Source of the DNA: Chloroflexota bacterium
Lineage (GTDB): Bacteria > Chloroflexota > UBA11872 > VXOZ01
Length of the DNA: 64,000 bases
Assembly (NCBI GenBank): GCA_963663275.1
Contig: OY760183.1
Location: forward strand, 2,944,001-3,008,000
Reading direction: 5' to 3'
The stretch's first letter is position 1. Each line of letters begins with the position of its first letter. A model generated the notes under the pieces. That model saw only the letters and a list, made by a program, of their open reading frames with translations, was not told the DNA's origin and did not search any database. This document shows, piece by piece, positions 17,787-27,674 of the stretch. The translations under genes and the position numbers were made by a program.

Positions 17787-19772
17787 ATGAGTAATTCCGG
17801 ACCAACAGTGATGGAAAAGCAAGCGTGGGAAGTTGTAGGCCAACGCCTCGGCGGCACGGTAGCCTCGCTTGCCGTTTCGCCCAGTTTCGATGAAAACAAC
17901 CTCGTACTGGCCGGCACCATGGCCGGCGTATTCCGCTCTGAGGATGGGGGCAAGACCTGGCAGATTTCCAACGAAGGCATTACCAGCCCCTACGTGCAGG
18001 CGCTGGTCTTCGTGCCCAACGTCGCCAATCATGAGGTGGCGTTCGCCGGCGCGCTGGAGGGCGGCGTCTACCGCTCCGACAATGGGGGAGAGACCTGGCA
18101 GCAACTGGACTTCTGGCAGGGCGCTACCTCGGTTACGTGTCTCGCCGTTTCGCCGGGCTTTGCCGATGACGGCTTGATGTTGGCCGGCACCCAGGAAGAC
18201 GGCGTGTTCAAGTCCACGAACCGCGGCCGCACCTGGAACTCGTCGAACTTCGGCATCATGGAACTGAGCATCCAGGCCGTCGCCATCTCTCCGGACTTCC
18301 AGGAAGACCAGACCGCGTTCGTGGCCGGCGGCGACGGCCTCTACCGCACGTTTGACGAAGGCCGCGCCTGGCGGCTCGTCGATCGCGGGCTGGACAGCAT
18401 GGCGATCCAGGCGATTGCCGTCTCGCCCAACTTCGCCGAGGACCGTACGCTCTTCGTCGGCACCGAAGACATGGGCGTCTTCAAGTCCACGGACGGCGGC
18501 ACGAACTGGCAAGAAGCGAACAGCGGGCTGGATAGCGTCTCGATCAACGCGGTCTGCCTCTCGCCCGATTTCGCCCAGGACGGCCTGGTGTACGCCGGCA
18601 CGGCGGAAGGCCCGGTCTACCGCTCCACCGACGGCGGCGAGAGTTGGGAGAGCGCGATCGACCAGGATTCATCGATTCTCTGCCTGCTTACCACCGGCGC
18701 CGGCGCTGACGACATGGTGCTGGCGGGGGTGCACCGCGAAGGCGCTCTGCGCGCCGGCGGCGACGCCGCCACGTGGGAACCGGCCATCGAGGGCCTCGCC
18801 GCGCGCTCCTTGCTCGGCACGGCGCTCTCGCCAAACTGCCACCAAGACCATAGCCTCTTTGCCACCAGCCTGGAGGACGGCGTCCTGCGGTCTACCGACG
18901 GCGGCGAATCCTGGGAGCCGGCCGGCGCGGGCCTGGAAGAAATGCAGGTCGCCTCGCTGCTGGTCTCACCCGATTACGCCAACGACGCCACCGTTTTCGC
19001 GGCAACCCACGACGGCATCGCGCTTTCCGCTGACGGCGGCGGCAGTTGGCAGGCCAGCAATGAAGGGCTGGAGGAGGACGCCCGGGATCTGCGCGTACTC
19101 GCGGTTTCCCACAGCTTTGCGGACGATCGCCTCGTCGTGGCCGGCGGGCCCGGCGGCGCGCTCTACTTCAGCCGCGACGCGGGCCAATCCTGGGATCGGG
19201 CCGAAGAGACCTTTGGCGAGGAAGACGTCATCGGCGTCACGCTCTCGCCAAACTTTGCCGAGGACAACACCTTGCTGCTCGGCACCTTCCGCGCCTCCCA
19301 GGGCGACTACGCCAGCACCATTACCGTCTGGCGCTCCGCCGACGGCGGCGATATCTGGAAGCGCATCCTGGTACACGCCACCGGCGCGCAGTGGATCAGC
19401 TTTGCCATGCCGTCGAACTACTCCGGCACGGATGAGAACTACAGCAATTTCTTCATTGCCACGGCCACGCGCTTCTTCCGCCCCATGTGGCGCGGCAAGA
19501 ATCTCTGGGTCGGCGACGCGATCGGCGAAGCCACGGCGGCCGTGGTCTGCCTGGCCATCTCGCCCGACTACGAGGACGACACGACCCTCTACGCCGGCAC
19601 CAGCCGGGGCGTCTATAAGTCCGCCGACGAGGGCCTGACCTGGCAGAACATCAACGAAGGGCTGGACAACAAGGCGATCGTCTCGCTGCTGGTCTCGCCG
19701 AACTATGCCGAAGACCGCGCCGTGTGGGCCGTCTCCCTGGGCGGCACGGTGTGGCGATACGTAGACGCATAG
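17787..19772 (+). CDS. BNR/Asp-box repeat beta-propeller protein (YCF48/Vps10-like)
   Basis: Many SxDGGxTW Asp-boxes alternating with AVSPxFAxDxxxFAG repeats; AAGGAG RBS; no signal peptide. Confidence 0.85.
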   Translation: MSNSGPTVMEKQAWEVVGQRLGGTVASLAVSPSFDENNLVLAGTMAGVFRSEDGGKTWQISNEGITSPYVQALVFVPNVANHEVAFAGALEGGVYRSDNGGETWQQLDFWQGATSVTCLAVSPGFADDGLMLAGTQEDGVFKSTNRGRTWNSSNFGIMELSIQAVAISPDFQEDQTAFVAGGDGLYRTFDEGRAWRLVDRGLDSMAIQAIAVSPNFAEDRTLFVGTEDMGVFKSTDGGTNWQEANSGLDSVSINAVCLSPDFAQDGLVYAGTAEGPVYRSTDGGESWESAIDQDSSILCLLTTGAGADDMVLAGVHREGALRAGGDAATWEPAIEGLAARSLLGTALSPNCHQDHSLFATSLEDGVLRSTDGGESWEPAGAGLEEMQVASLLVSPDYANDATVFAATHDGIALSADGGGSWQASNEGLEEDARDLRVLAVSHSFADDRLVVAGGPGGALYFSRDAGQSWDRAEETFGEEDVIGVTLSPNFAEDNTLLLGTFRASQGDYASTITVWRSADGGDIWKRILVHATGAQWISFAMPSNYSGTDENYSNFFIATATRFFRPMWRGKNLWVGDAIGEATAAVVCLAISPDYEDDTTLYAGTSRGVYKSADEGLTWQNINEGLDNKAIVSLLVSPNYAEDRAVWAVSLGGTVWRYVDA

Positions 19773-19877
19773 CCGGTTGCGCCATGTAAGTCATCGTGTC
19801 AAGGGCTTCGAACCGGGATAGCAGATAAGGTGCGCGCCGCTTTACGCGGCGCGTATCTCTTATTTCACATTCATCCG

Positions 19878-20087
19878 TCCCTCATCCGAACCTTCCCCTT
19901 CAGTGGGCTGACAGGGTCTTGTACTCTACAATCGACTTCACGTGTCATTCCGAGCGGAGCGAGGAATCTAGTAGCGGTGATCCTGCAGGGCCATGTCTTA
20001 GATTCCTCTCTCCGCTGCGCTCCGTTCGGAATGACACATACATACGCCTGCCAGTCTCTAATGGAGAGGGGGTATTGCAAAGGCCTC
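19878..20087. mobile_element. Degenerate MITE-1 right part containing MITE-2 (19905-20057)
   Basis: GGGCTGACAGG...CCTGCCAGTCT inside the CCTTCCCC...GGAGAGGGG hairpin, ending GTATTGCAAAGGCCTC. Confidence 0.75.
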
Positions 20088-20186
20088 CACTGGCAAGTTT
20101 GCGCGGATTCCCGCAAACTAGACACTACCATCGGCAGCATAGGACTGTCTTGAAGAGAGTTGCCGCAAACGATAGGAGCGCATATC

Positions 20187-21524
20187 ATGGCAAACCCCGT
20201 GCAGTTGGGAACCGCGAGCATCAACATCACCCCTTCCGTGGGCACGTGGATGGGCGGCTACGGCGCCCGCGACCACGGCTCGACTGACATCCACGACGAC
20301 CTCTACGCCAAGATACTCGTCTTCTCCGACGGCGAGACTAAAGCTGCCGTCGTCACCTGCGACCTGATTGGCGTCACCGAGGAGAGCACCGCTACGGTGC
20401 GCGGCCTGGTTGAGGAGCAGACCGACATTCCCGGCAACCACGTCATGATCACCTGCTCCCACACCCACTCCGGGCCTTCCACGCGCGAGTGGCGCTACGA
20501 AGCGCCGTTCAACAGCGCGTACTTGCGCGAGTTGGAGCGCAAGCTGGCGGGCGGCGTGCAGGTGGCGAACGGACGCTTGCAGTCCGTCGTCGCCGGTCTT
20601 GGCAACGGCTCGTATCCCCTGGCCGTCAACCGCCGCCTCACCACCGACGGCAAGACCGAAATGCGGGTCAATCCTGACGGCGTCGTGGACCATACGGTCT
20701 CCGTCCTGCGCTTCGACGCGCCGGACGGCGCGCCGGTGGCGACGGCCTTCAACTACGCCTGCCACTCCACCAGCATGGGCGCTTCGAACTACGCCTTTAG
20801 CGCCGACTACGCCGGCGGCGCGAAGGCGTTTGTGGAGCAGGCCTACGGCGGCGGCCACACGGCGGCGTTCCTGCTGGGAAGCTGCGGCAACGTGCGCCCC
20901 AACTTCACCAGCGACGGCAGCCGTTTCCGCTCCGCCACGTTCGCTGAACTCGAGAGCGTCTGGCGCGGCCTCGGCGCCGAGGTCGTCAACGTGCGGGAGG
21001 CCATCGCGTGCGCGCCCTTGTCCGGCGTGGCCGTGGCGCGGCGCGTCGTCACCGTGCCGATACGCGAAGTTCCCGACATCTCCTTCTTCAAGGAAGCCCT
21101 GGAAACCGGGACGTGGCCCGATACGCAAGGAGGCGTCAGCCGCGACTCCATGAAGTGGCTGCGCAGCCGCATCAGCGAACTGGAGTCCGGCACGGTCAAC
21201 TGCGAGCCGCAGGCGGAAGTGCAAGTGATCCGCGTAGGCAACCTGGTCTTCGTCGGCTTCCCCGGCGAGTTCTTCCTGGAATACGGCCTGGCGGTGAAAG
21301 AACGGGTGAAGGACGAACTGGGCCTCGAAGCCCTGCACGTCGAACTCGCCAACGGCATGATCGGCTACGTGCCCACCGCCAACGAGATCCCGCGCGGCGG
21401 CTACGAAGTCTACGCCTACCGGCACGGCTCCCAATCCCCCGCCGGCTACGCCGGCGAGGCCGAAGCGCTCTTTGTGGATACCGCCGTGGAACTCGCCCAC
21501 GAAACGGCCCCATCGGCGGGATAA
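20187..21524 (+). CDS. Neutral/alkaline ceramidase N-terminal-domain family hydrolase
   Basis: GGYGAR, DDLYAK, CSHTHSGP, NYACHST, PGEFF, GYVPT motifs; AGGAG RBS. Confidence 0.82.
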   Translation: MANPVQLGTASINITPSVGTWMGGYGARDHGSTDIHDDLYAKILVFSDGETKAAVVTCDLIGVTEESTATVRGLVEEQTDIPGNHVMITCSHTHSGPSTREWRYEAPFNSAYLRELERKLAGGVQVANGRLQSVVAGLGNGSYPLAVNRRLTTDGKTEMRVNPDGVVDHTVSVLRFDAPDGAPVATAFNYACHSTSMGASNYAFSADYAGGAKAFVEQAYGGGHTAAFLLGSCGNVRPNFTSDGSRFRSATFAELESVWRGLGAEVVNVREAIACAPLSGVAVARRVVTVPIREVPDISFFKEALETGTWPDTQGGVSRDSMKWLRSRISELESGTVNCEPQAEVQVIRVGNLVFVGFPGEFFLEYGLAVKERVKDELGLEALHVELANGMIGYVPTANEIPRGGYEVYAYRHGSQSPAGYAGEAEALFVDTAVELAHETAPSAG

Positions 21525-21575
21525 CGTCGAATCCTGGCGGATACTCACCACCTGTGCAAACGGAAGCCGGCTGCC

Positions 21576-22241
21576 ATGCGCTTCGAGCGAACCATTATCG
21601 TGCCGGAGGAAGGTCTTGCCGCTGGGCAGGACGGCGGATTGCCGGCGGAGATTGCCGGCAGGGTGGACGGCATCCTCATTCCGGAGGCGATTCTCCATGA
21701 GCGGGTGGCAGGATTGGCGCGGGAAATTCGTGAGAATTACGCCGCTGGCGGGGAGTTGATCCTGCTGGTGGTTTTGAAAGGGGCGTTCGTGTTTGCGGCG
21801 GACCTGGGCCGCGCGCTTTCACGGCTGGGCGGGCCGGTGGTGCGCTACGAGTTCATTCGCGCCAGCGCCTATGGCGCCACCATCAAGCAGCCGGATGAGA
21901 AGGCGCGCGGCGTGAGCGTGGCAACGCTGCCCGCGGACCTGGCCGGTAGAGACGTGCTGCTGGTGGAAGACTTGGTTGACCAGGGTTTCACGCTGACCGC
22001 CCTCAAGCGGCGCGTGCTGGCTGAAGGCGCCCGCTCCGTGCGCATCTGCGCCTTCATATCCAAGCGCCTCCAGCGGCCCTCGCCGGAGGCGGCGCGCAAT
22101 CGCGCCGCGCTGACCCTCGACTTCGTGGGTTTCGACGTGCCCGACCGCTGGGTGGCGGGCTACGGCACCGACGCGGCAGAGGACTTCCGCGAGTTGCCCT
22201 ACGTTGTCACGGTACGAGAGCAATACTATCGGGAGCGATGA
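21576..22241 (+). CDS. hpt: Hypoxanthine phosphoribosyltransferase
   Basis: VLKGAFVFAADL, VLLVEDLVDQGFTL PRPP motif, WVAGYGTD...RELPY. Confidence 0.85.
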   Translation: MRFERTIIVPEEGLAAGQDGGLPAEIAGRVDGILIPEAILHERVAGLAREIRENYAAGGELILLVVLKGAFVFAADLGRALSRLGGPVVRYEFIRASAYGATIKQPDEKARGVSVATLPADLAGRDVLLVEDLVDQGFTLTALKRRVLAEGARSVRICAFISKRLQRPSPEAARNRAALTLDFVGFDVPDRWVAGYGTDAAEDFRELPYVVTVREQYYRER

Positions 22242-24076
22242 ATAACATGGGCGCCGATCTCCTGCTGCGGGGCGGAACCGTCGTAGACGTGGTGGAGAAG
22301 CGCTGCTACGCGGGCGATGTTCTGCTGCGGGACGGCTTGATCCACCGCGTCGTGCGCGCGCCGGAAACGAGTGACGCAATCGGGTTGACGGCAGACGCGC
22401 AGACGCTGGACGTATCCGGGCAATACGTCATTCCCGGGTTCATCGATCCGCATCTCCATATCGAAAGCAGCCTGCTCAGCCCGCTTGAGTTCGCCCAGGC
22501 CGCGGCGCGCCACGGCACCACCGCCGTTTTCGTGGATCCGCACGAAATCGCCAACGTGGCCAGCAGGGACGGCATCGAACTCTTCCTGCGCCACGCGGAA
22601 ATCGCGCCGCTCGACATCTTCATCGGCGTCCCCTCGTGCGTGCCGGCCACGGCGTTCGAAGACACCGGCGCCGCGCTCACCCTGGCGGACGTCGAGGAAC
22701 TGCTGCCCCACCCGCGCGTCTACGGACTGGCGGAGATGATGAACTTTCCCGGTATCATCCACGACGTCGGCGACGCCCGGGCCAAAGTGGCAAGCGCCTA
22801 CGCCTTGGGTAAAGTCGTGGACGGCCACGCCCCCGGCGTTACGGGACGCGACCTTGCCCGCTACGTCTCCAACGGCCAGGACGACGGCACGGTCAGAATC
22901 ATGTCCGACCACGAGTCGCGCACGGGCGCGGAGGCGCTGGAAAAACGCCAGGCGGGCATGACCGTTGCCATTCGCTACGGCAGCGCCACCAAAGACCTGG
23001 ACGTGATTCTTCCTTACCTGGCGGCGCAATGGCTCGGCCTGGAATCCGGCTCTCACGGGAATGACGGCGACTTCTGGGCGGGCTTCATGCTCTGCAGCGA
23101 CGATCTCGACGCGGCGGAATTGCACGCGCACGGCCACGTGGACCGGATTGTCCGGCGGGCGCGGGACATCCTGATCGAACACGCCGGCATGAACGGCGAA
23201 CAGGCGACAATACAAGCCATTGCGCTGGCCACCCTCCATCCGGCGCAGTGTTTTTCGCGCTTCTTCCGCCGCCACGGCTTAGCCGAAATGGGAGTAATTG
23301 CGCCTGGGAGAGTCGCCAACCTTGCGGTGCTGGATTCCCTGGAAAGCCTCGACTGCCGCGCAGTTATCCATCGCGGTGAAGTTGTGGCAGCGAACGGCAG
23401 CGCAAAGCAGCGCGAGACCCCCGGCGGCTACGGCAAGCTCTTGCAGACGGTAACGGTGAAAGAACCGTTAGCGGCTTCCGACTTCAACGTTCCTTATACC
23501 GGCCCACAGCGCGCAGTGGCCGCCCGCGTCATCGGTGCGGTGGACGGCAGCCTGACAACGCAAAGCCGCGTGCTCACCTTGCCGGCGCGGAACGGCGCAA
23601 TCCTGCCCGACCCGGCGCAAGACGTGGTGAAAATCGCCGTGATCGAGCGTCATCACAACACCGGCCTGCGCGCGGTCGGCTTCGTCAGCGGGTTGGGCAT
23701 CACGCGGGGAGCGGTCGCTTCCACCGTGGGACACGACAGCCACAATCTCATGGTGGCGGGCGTGGACGAAGACGCCATGGCCGCCGCGGCCAACCGTCTG
23801 GTGACGCTCGGCGGCGGCATGGCGGTGGCGCTTGGCGCTGACGTGACCGCGCTGCCGCTGGCGATTGGCGGTCTTATGTCAACTGAAAGCATCGATGTGG
23901 TAGCGGCTCAGTATCGAGAGTTGCTGGCCGCCGCAAAGCAAACAGGCACGTCGAGCGAAAATATCTTCCTGCTGCTCTCATTCCTCGCGCTGCCGGTCAT
24001 CCCCCACCTCAAGATCACCAATCGCGGCCTGGTGGACGTGGACGCCTTCGCCCCCGTGCCGCTGCTGGTTGAATAA
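22238..24076 (+). CDS. ade: Adenine deaminase
   Basis: PGFIDPHLHIESS, DPHEIANV, GLAEMMNFPG, DGHAP, DHE, SDD, HDSHN, LPVIP. Confidence 0.93.
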   Translation: MNNMGADLLLRGGTVVDVVEKRCYAGDVLLRDGLIHRVVRAPETSDAIGLTADAQTLDVSGQYVIPGFIDPHLHIESSLLSPLEFAQAAARHGTTAVFVDPHEIANVASRDGIELFLRHAEIAPLDIFIGVPSCVPATAFEDTGAALTLADVEELLPHPRVYGLAEMMNFPGIIHDVGDARAKVASAYALGKVVDGHAPGVTGRDLARYVSNGQDDGTVRIMSDHESRTGAEALEKRQAGMTVAIRYGSATKDLDVILPYLAAQWLGLESGSHGNDGDFWAGFMLCSDDLDAAELHAHGHVDRIVRRARDILIEHAGMNGEQATIQAIALATLHPAQCFSRFFRRHGLAEMGVIAPGRVANLAVLDSLESLDCRAVIHRGEVVAANGSAKQRETPGGYGKLLQTVTVKEPLAASDFNVPYTGPQRAVAARVIGAVDGSLTTQSRVLTLPARNGAILPDPAQDVVKIAVIERHHNTGLRAVGFVSGLGITRGAVASTVGHDSHNLMVAGVDEDAMAAAANRLVTLGGGMAVALGADVTALPLAIGGLMSTESIDVVAAQYRELLAAAKQTGTSSENIFLLLSFLALPVIPHLKITNRGLVDVDAFAPVPLLVE

Positions 24077-24139
24077 ACGATTTACACGGATGATGGCGGT
24101 CATTCGCGTCATACCTTTCTCGTGTTCCGACTCGTGGAA

Positions 24140-24163
24140 GCGGGGGACAAGCCCCCGCGCTAC
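24140..24163 (-). repeat. Single REP-A (GTAGCGCGGGGGCTTGTCCCCCGC)
   Basis: Exact reverse-complement copy between convergent ade and thrB. Confidence 0.9.
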
Positions 24164-24206
24164 AAGCTGGCAGCGTCGATCGAGCATAATCTGCTAAGGA
24201 GACCGG

Positions 24207-25169
24207 TTAGAGCGGCTCCACCACGGCGCCGCGCTCCGCGCAGGCGAGCGTGAGCGTGCGCGCCGGCGTGTCGTGCGCCCGCGCCGCATCCAGCATGGCG
24301 GCGGCCACGGCCTCCGGCTCGCGAAACGTCAGCGCCAGAATGGACGAACCGGCACCGGAGAGCGCGCTGCCGCACGCGCCCGCCGCCAGCGCCGCCTCCA
24401 TGATGGGCGTCATGGCGGGAAAGATTGCGGCGCGGTAGGGTTGGTGCAGGCGGTCGCTCATGCCGGCGCGGATGCTCGCTTCATCGGCCTGCGCAATCCC
24501 CGCCAGCAGCAGCGCGGCGTGGCCGACGTTGTAGACCGCGTCCCCCAGCGACACCTCTCGCGGCACCACCTGGCGCGCCAGCGCCGTGGGCAAGTGCTGC
24601 TCCGGCACGCAGACCACCGCATGGAGGTCTCGCGGCACGGGGACGCGCGCATAGGCCGGCGCACCGCCATCCTCCGCCGCGCACACGATCAGGCCGCCGA
24701 ACAAGGCCGCCGCCGCGTTGTCCGGGTGCCCTTCCAGGTCGCACGCAATTTGCAGCAGCCGGTCTGTCGAGAGCGCGTTTTCCAAGAGATGATTGGCCGC
24801 CGCCAGACCGCCGACCGTGGCGCTGGCGCTGCTGCCGAGCCCGCGAAAGAGGGGGATGCGGTTCCGCATGTGCAGGTCGATGGCGGGCGGCGGCGCGCCG
24901 GCGGCGGCAAAGGCGCGGTGGAAGGCCTGCACGAAGAGGTTCTGCTCGTCCCGCGCCAGTTCCGCGGCGTCTTCACCCTCCACCGCAATGCGCAGCCCAT
25001 TCGCCGCCGGCCGCACGGTAAATTCGTTGTAGAGCGAGAGCGCCATGCCGAAGGCGTCGAACCCCGGCCCCAGGTTGGCGGTAGTGGCCGGCACGCGCAC
25101 GCGAAAATCTGAAACGCGAATTGCCACGACAATGACCTTTACTGCAAGGAATAGAGAAGGCGGAGACAA
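24207..25169 (-). CDS. thrB: Homoserine kinase
   Basis: VPATTANLGPGFD, PLFRGLGSSA, EGHPDNAA, DRLHQPYR, LSGAGSS; start uncertain. Confidence 0.94.
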   Translation of the reverse strand: MSPPSLFLAVKVIVVAIRVSDFRVRVPATTANLGPGFDAFGMALSLYNEFTVRPAANGLRIAVEGEDAAELARDEQNLFVQAFHRAFAAAGAPPPAIDLHMRNRIPLFRGLGSSASATVGGLAAANHLLENALSTDRLLQIACDLEGHPDNAAAALFGGLIVCAAEDGGAPAYARVPVPRDLHAVVCVPEQHLPTALARQVVPREVSLGDAVYNVGHAALLLAGIAQADEASIRAGMSDRLHQPYRAAIFPAMTPIMEAALAAGACGSALSGAGSSILALTFREPEAVAAAMLDAARAHDTPARTLTLACAERGAVVEPL

Positions 25170-25310
25170 CCGGTCCGCGCCTTTAATGTACCATAGGAGA
25201 GTGCCCTAATTGAGAGCAAGGGCGGCGGCTTCCCTTGCTTGCCTTGGCCGTGCGCCAATAGGGAAGCAAGAGCAAGCTGTCCTATCGAAACGTCAAAGAG
25301 GAGTGGCGCC

Positions 25311-26264
25311 ATGTTCAACTGGCTCAGGCGCGCCGGCATCGTTGCCATCGCGGCCGTGGCGGCCTACGTGGCCTATACGCGCCTCAAGCCGCGGCCCATT
25401 CCCGTGGAGGCGCTGCACACCGACGGCCGGTTCGTCACGGTAGACGGCCTGCAAATCCACTATCGCACCGCCGGTTCGGGGCCGCCTCTCATCCTCATCC
25501 ACGGCATCGGCGCCAATCTCTTCACCTGGCGCATCGTCTTCGACGCGCTGGCGCAAGCGTACACGGTCTATGCCCTGGACCTCAAAGGACACGGCCTCTC
25601 CGACAAACCCGGCAGCGGCGACTACTCGCCGTTCGGCATGGCCGACGTGGTGGCCGGCTTCATGGAAGCGTTAGGGCTGGAGTCCGCCAGGGTAATCGGC
25701 CTATCCATGGGCGGCGCGATCACGTTGGCGCTGGCCGCCCGGCATCCGGCGCGGGTGCGGCAGGCGGTGGTGATAAGTCCGGCCGGCTATCCGCTCGACT
25801 ATCACATTATGCCGGTCGTGGCGCATCTTGCCGGTACGCGGCTCGGAAGCGCAATCGGCGCCTTCTTGGTGCGCCAGCGCAGCCTCATCGAGGCCTACCT
25901 GCGCCAAAACTACTACGACCCGGACCGCATGTGCACGCCGGAGGTGGTGGACGGCTACTTCCTGCCCCTGCTCACCCCGGGCACCGACGGCATCGTTGCA
26001 CTGCTGGCGCGCGACTTCGGGCAGACCAGCATTGCCCACCGCCTGCGGGACATTGCCGCCCCGGTCCTCATCCTCTGGGGCCAGCACGACGCGATCATCC
26101 CCATGCACTGGGGCCATCGCTTCCAGCAGGACATCCCCAACGCCGAACTGGTCGTCTTCCCCAAGTGCGGACACTGCCTCCAGGAAGAGAAACCCGAACA
26201 GTTCCTGGAGACCGTGCACGCCTTCTTCCAGCGCAACGACCCCGCCGGCGCCGCGCAAACGTAG
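25311..26264 (+). CDS. Alpha/beta-fold hydrolase with N-terminal membrane anchor
   Basis: LIHGIG, GLSMGG nucleophile elbow, WGQHD, GHC; GAGGAG RBS; stop TAG lies in the GTAG of a REP-A. Confidence 0.9.
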   Translation: MFNWLRRAGIVAIAAVAAYVAYTRLKPRPIPVEALHTDGRFVTVDGLQIHYRTAGSGPPLILIHGIGANLFTWRIVFDALAQAYTVYALDLKGHGLSDKPGSGDYSPFGMADVVAGFMEALGLESARVIGLSMGGAITLALAARHPARVRQAVVISPAGYPLDYHIMPVVAHLAGTRLGSAIGAFLVRQRSLIEAYLRQNYYDPDRMCTPEVVDGYFLPLLTPGTDGIVALLARDFGQTSIAHRLRDIAAPVLILWGQHDAIIPMHWGHRFQQDIPNAELVVFPKCGHCLQEEKPEQFLETVHAFFQRNDPAGAAQT

Positions 26265-26568
26265 CGCGGGGGCTCGTCCCCCGCCTCTTCACGCGCCGCA
26301 CAACCGTAGCGCGGGGGCTTGTCCCCCGCCGGAGCGCGCGGAACTGCCGCCAAATTGGCAGCAAGAGGCGCTTCCTTAAGACTTTCCCTGTGAGAAGCGG
26401 GCACAGAATGGAATTAACCCTAAAGGAGTCGCAGGTTACAAACCTGCGCTACCGGAGACGCGAGTCAATAGAAACGCCTTGCTCATGACCAGGAGAGTTA
26501 ATGGGCTTGACCTCTCGTCAACGCGGTGTAGGGGCACGACATGTCGTGCCCCTACACCGCGTTGACGA
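26261..26568. repeat. REP-A x2, REP-B, MITE-4-like remnant and a 54-bp perfect palindrome with REP-C core
   Basis: REP-A at 26261 and 26306; REP-B near 26430; palindrome 26515-26568. Confidence 0.88.
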
Positions 26569-26612
26569 ACCGTCCTGGGGATGGTGCGCGCAAACTGCCT
26601 TAGGATAGGCGT

Positions 26613-27590
26613 TCAGGAGATGATCGCGGCGCAGGTGGGCGCGGGGAGGCCGCTGCCTACCGGCTGCCAGGCAAGATCGTCGAACGCCGCGTGATAGACC
26701 GCGTCATCCAGCACCACCGCGAACACGTCCACCGCGTCGCAGATGATGTGCTCGCACATGCGGTCCAGGGGAAACGAGAGGTTTTGCTCGGCGTCCCGCC
26801 ACGAATCGCCGCCGTCGCGGGACACCATCATGCGGCCCAGCCGCCCGACCCGGCGGGAAGGTCCCACCACCACGGTAGCGGGATCGTCGGCCTTGATGCA
26901 GACGCCGCGGGTGTAGTCGTCGATGAGGTGCTGCCACGAACCACCCCGGTCGGTGGAACGATAGACGCCGCCGCCCGTAGCCGCCATGATGGTATCCGGC
27001 TGGGCGGGATGAATGTCGATGCTGTGCACGTCCGGGTGTATGCCGTTTGCCGGGAACTCCCACTGGCCGATCTTCTCTGAGATTCCCCAGGACTCGCCGC
27101 CGTTGCGGCTTTCCGCCAGGCCGCCCACCTCGATAGCGGCCCAGACCGCGTCCTCGCCGCCGTCCAGCATGATGATGGTGCGCACCGCGCCCGCGCGCGG
27201 CGAATACGGCAAGAACCACTCCGCGCAGCCGGGCAGGGCGGTGAAGCCCTCCTCTTCCGCCCACGTCGCGCCGCCGTCGCGGCTGAGCCACACCCGGGCC
27301 GGTTCCGTGCCCACGCGCACGACCTGCGGGTCATGGGGATGGTAGGCAAGCGAGCGAATATACGGACTGCCCTGCCAGCCGGCGATTGTCTGCCAGCTTG
27401 CGCCGCCGTCGTCGGTCTTGAAAAGCCCGGCCCCGTGAGTCCCCGCAATCGCCTGCCGCCCGTCCGGATGCGCGGCGACGGCTTCCAGTTCCTGGTCACC
27501 CAAGCCGGACGATTGCACGTCCCAACCGTCACCCGCGCGGGCCAGCCTGAAGACCCCTTGCTCCGTGCCGACGTAGATTTGTTCTGCCAT
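26613..27590 (-). CDS. BNR/Asp-box (WD40/YVTN-like) propeller protein
   Basis: KTDDGGASW, SRDGGATW, STDRGGSW repeats; VGTEPA; HPDVH. Confidence 0.82.
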   Translation of the reverse strand: MAEQIYVGTEQGVFRLARAGDGWDVQSSGLGDQELEAVAAHPDGRQAIAGTHGAGLFKTDDGGASWQTIAGWQGSPYIRSLAYHPHDPQVVRVGTEPARVWLSRDGGATWAEEEGFTALPGCAEWFLPYSPRAGAVRTIIMLDGGEDAVWAAIEVGGLAESRNGGESWGISEKIGQWEFPANGIHPDVHSIDIHPAQPDTIMAATGGGVYRSTDRGGSWQHLIDDYTRGVCIKADDPATVVVGPSRRVGRLGRMMVSRDGGDSWRDAEQNLSFPLDRMCEHIICDAVDVFAVVLDDAVYHAAFDDLAWQPVGSGLPAPTCAAIIS

Positions 27591-27674
27591 GACACACGCC
27601 TCGTCAATTCTCCTGCAGCGGTTACGTATACTACCGGGCCGGCAATTTTCACATATTCCGCAATCTTCCGCGCG

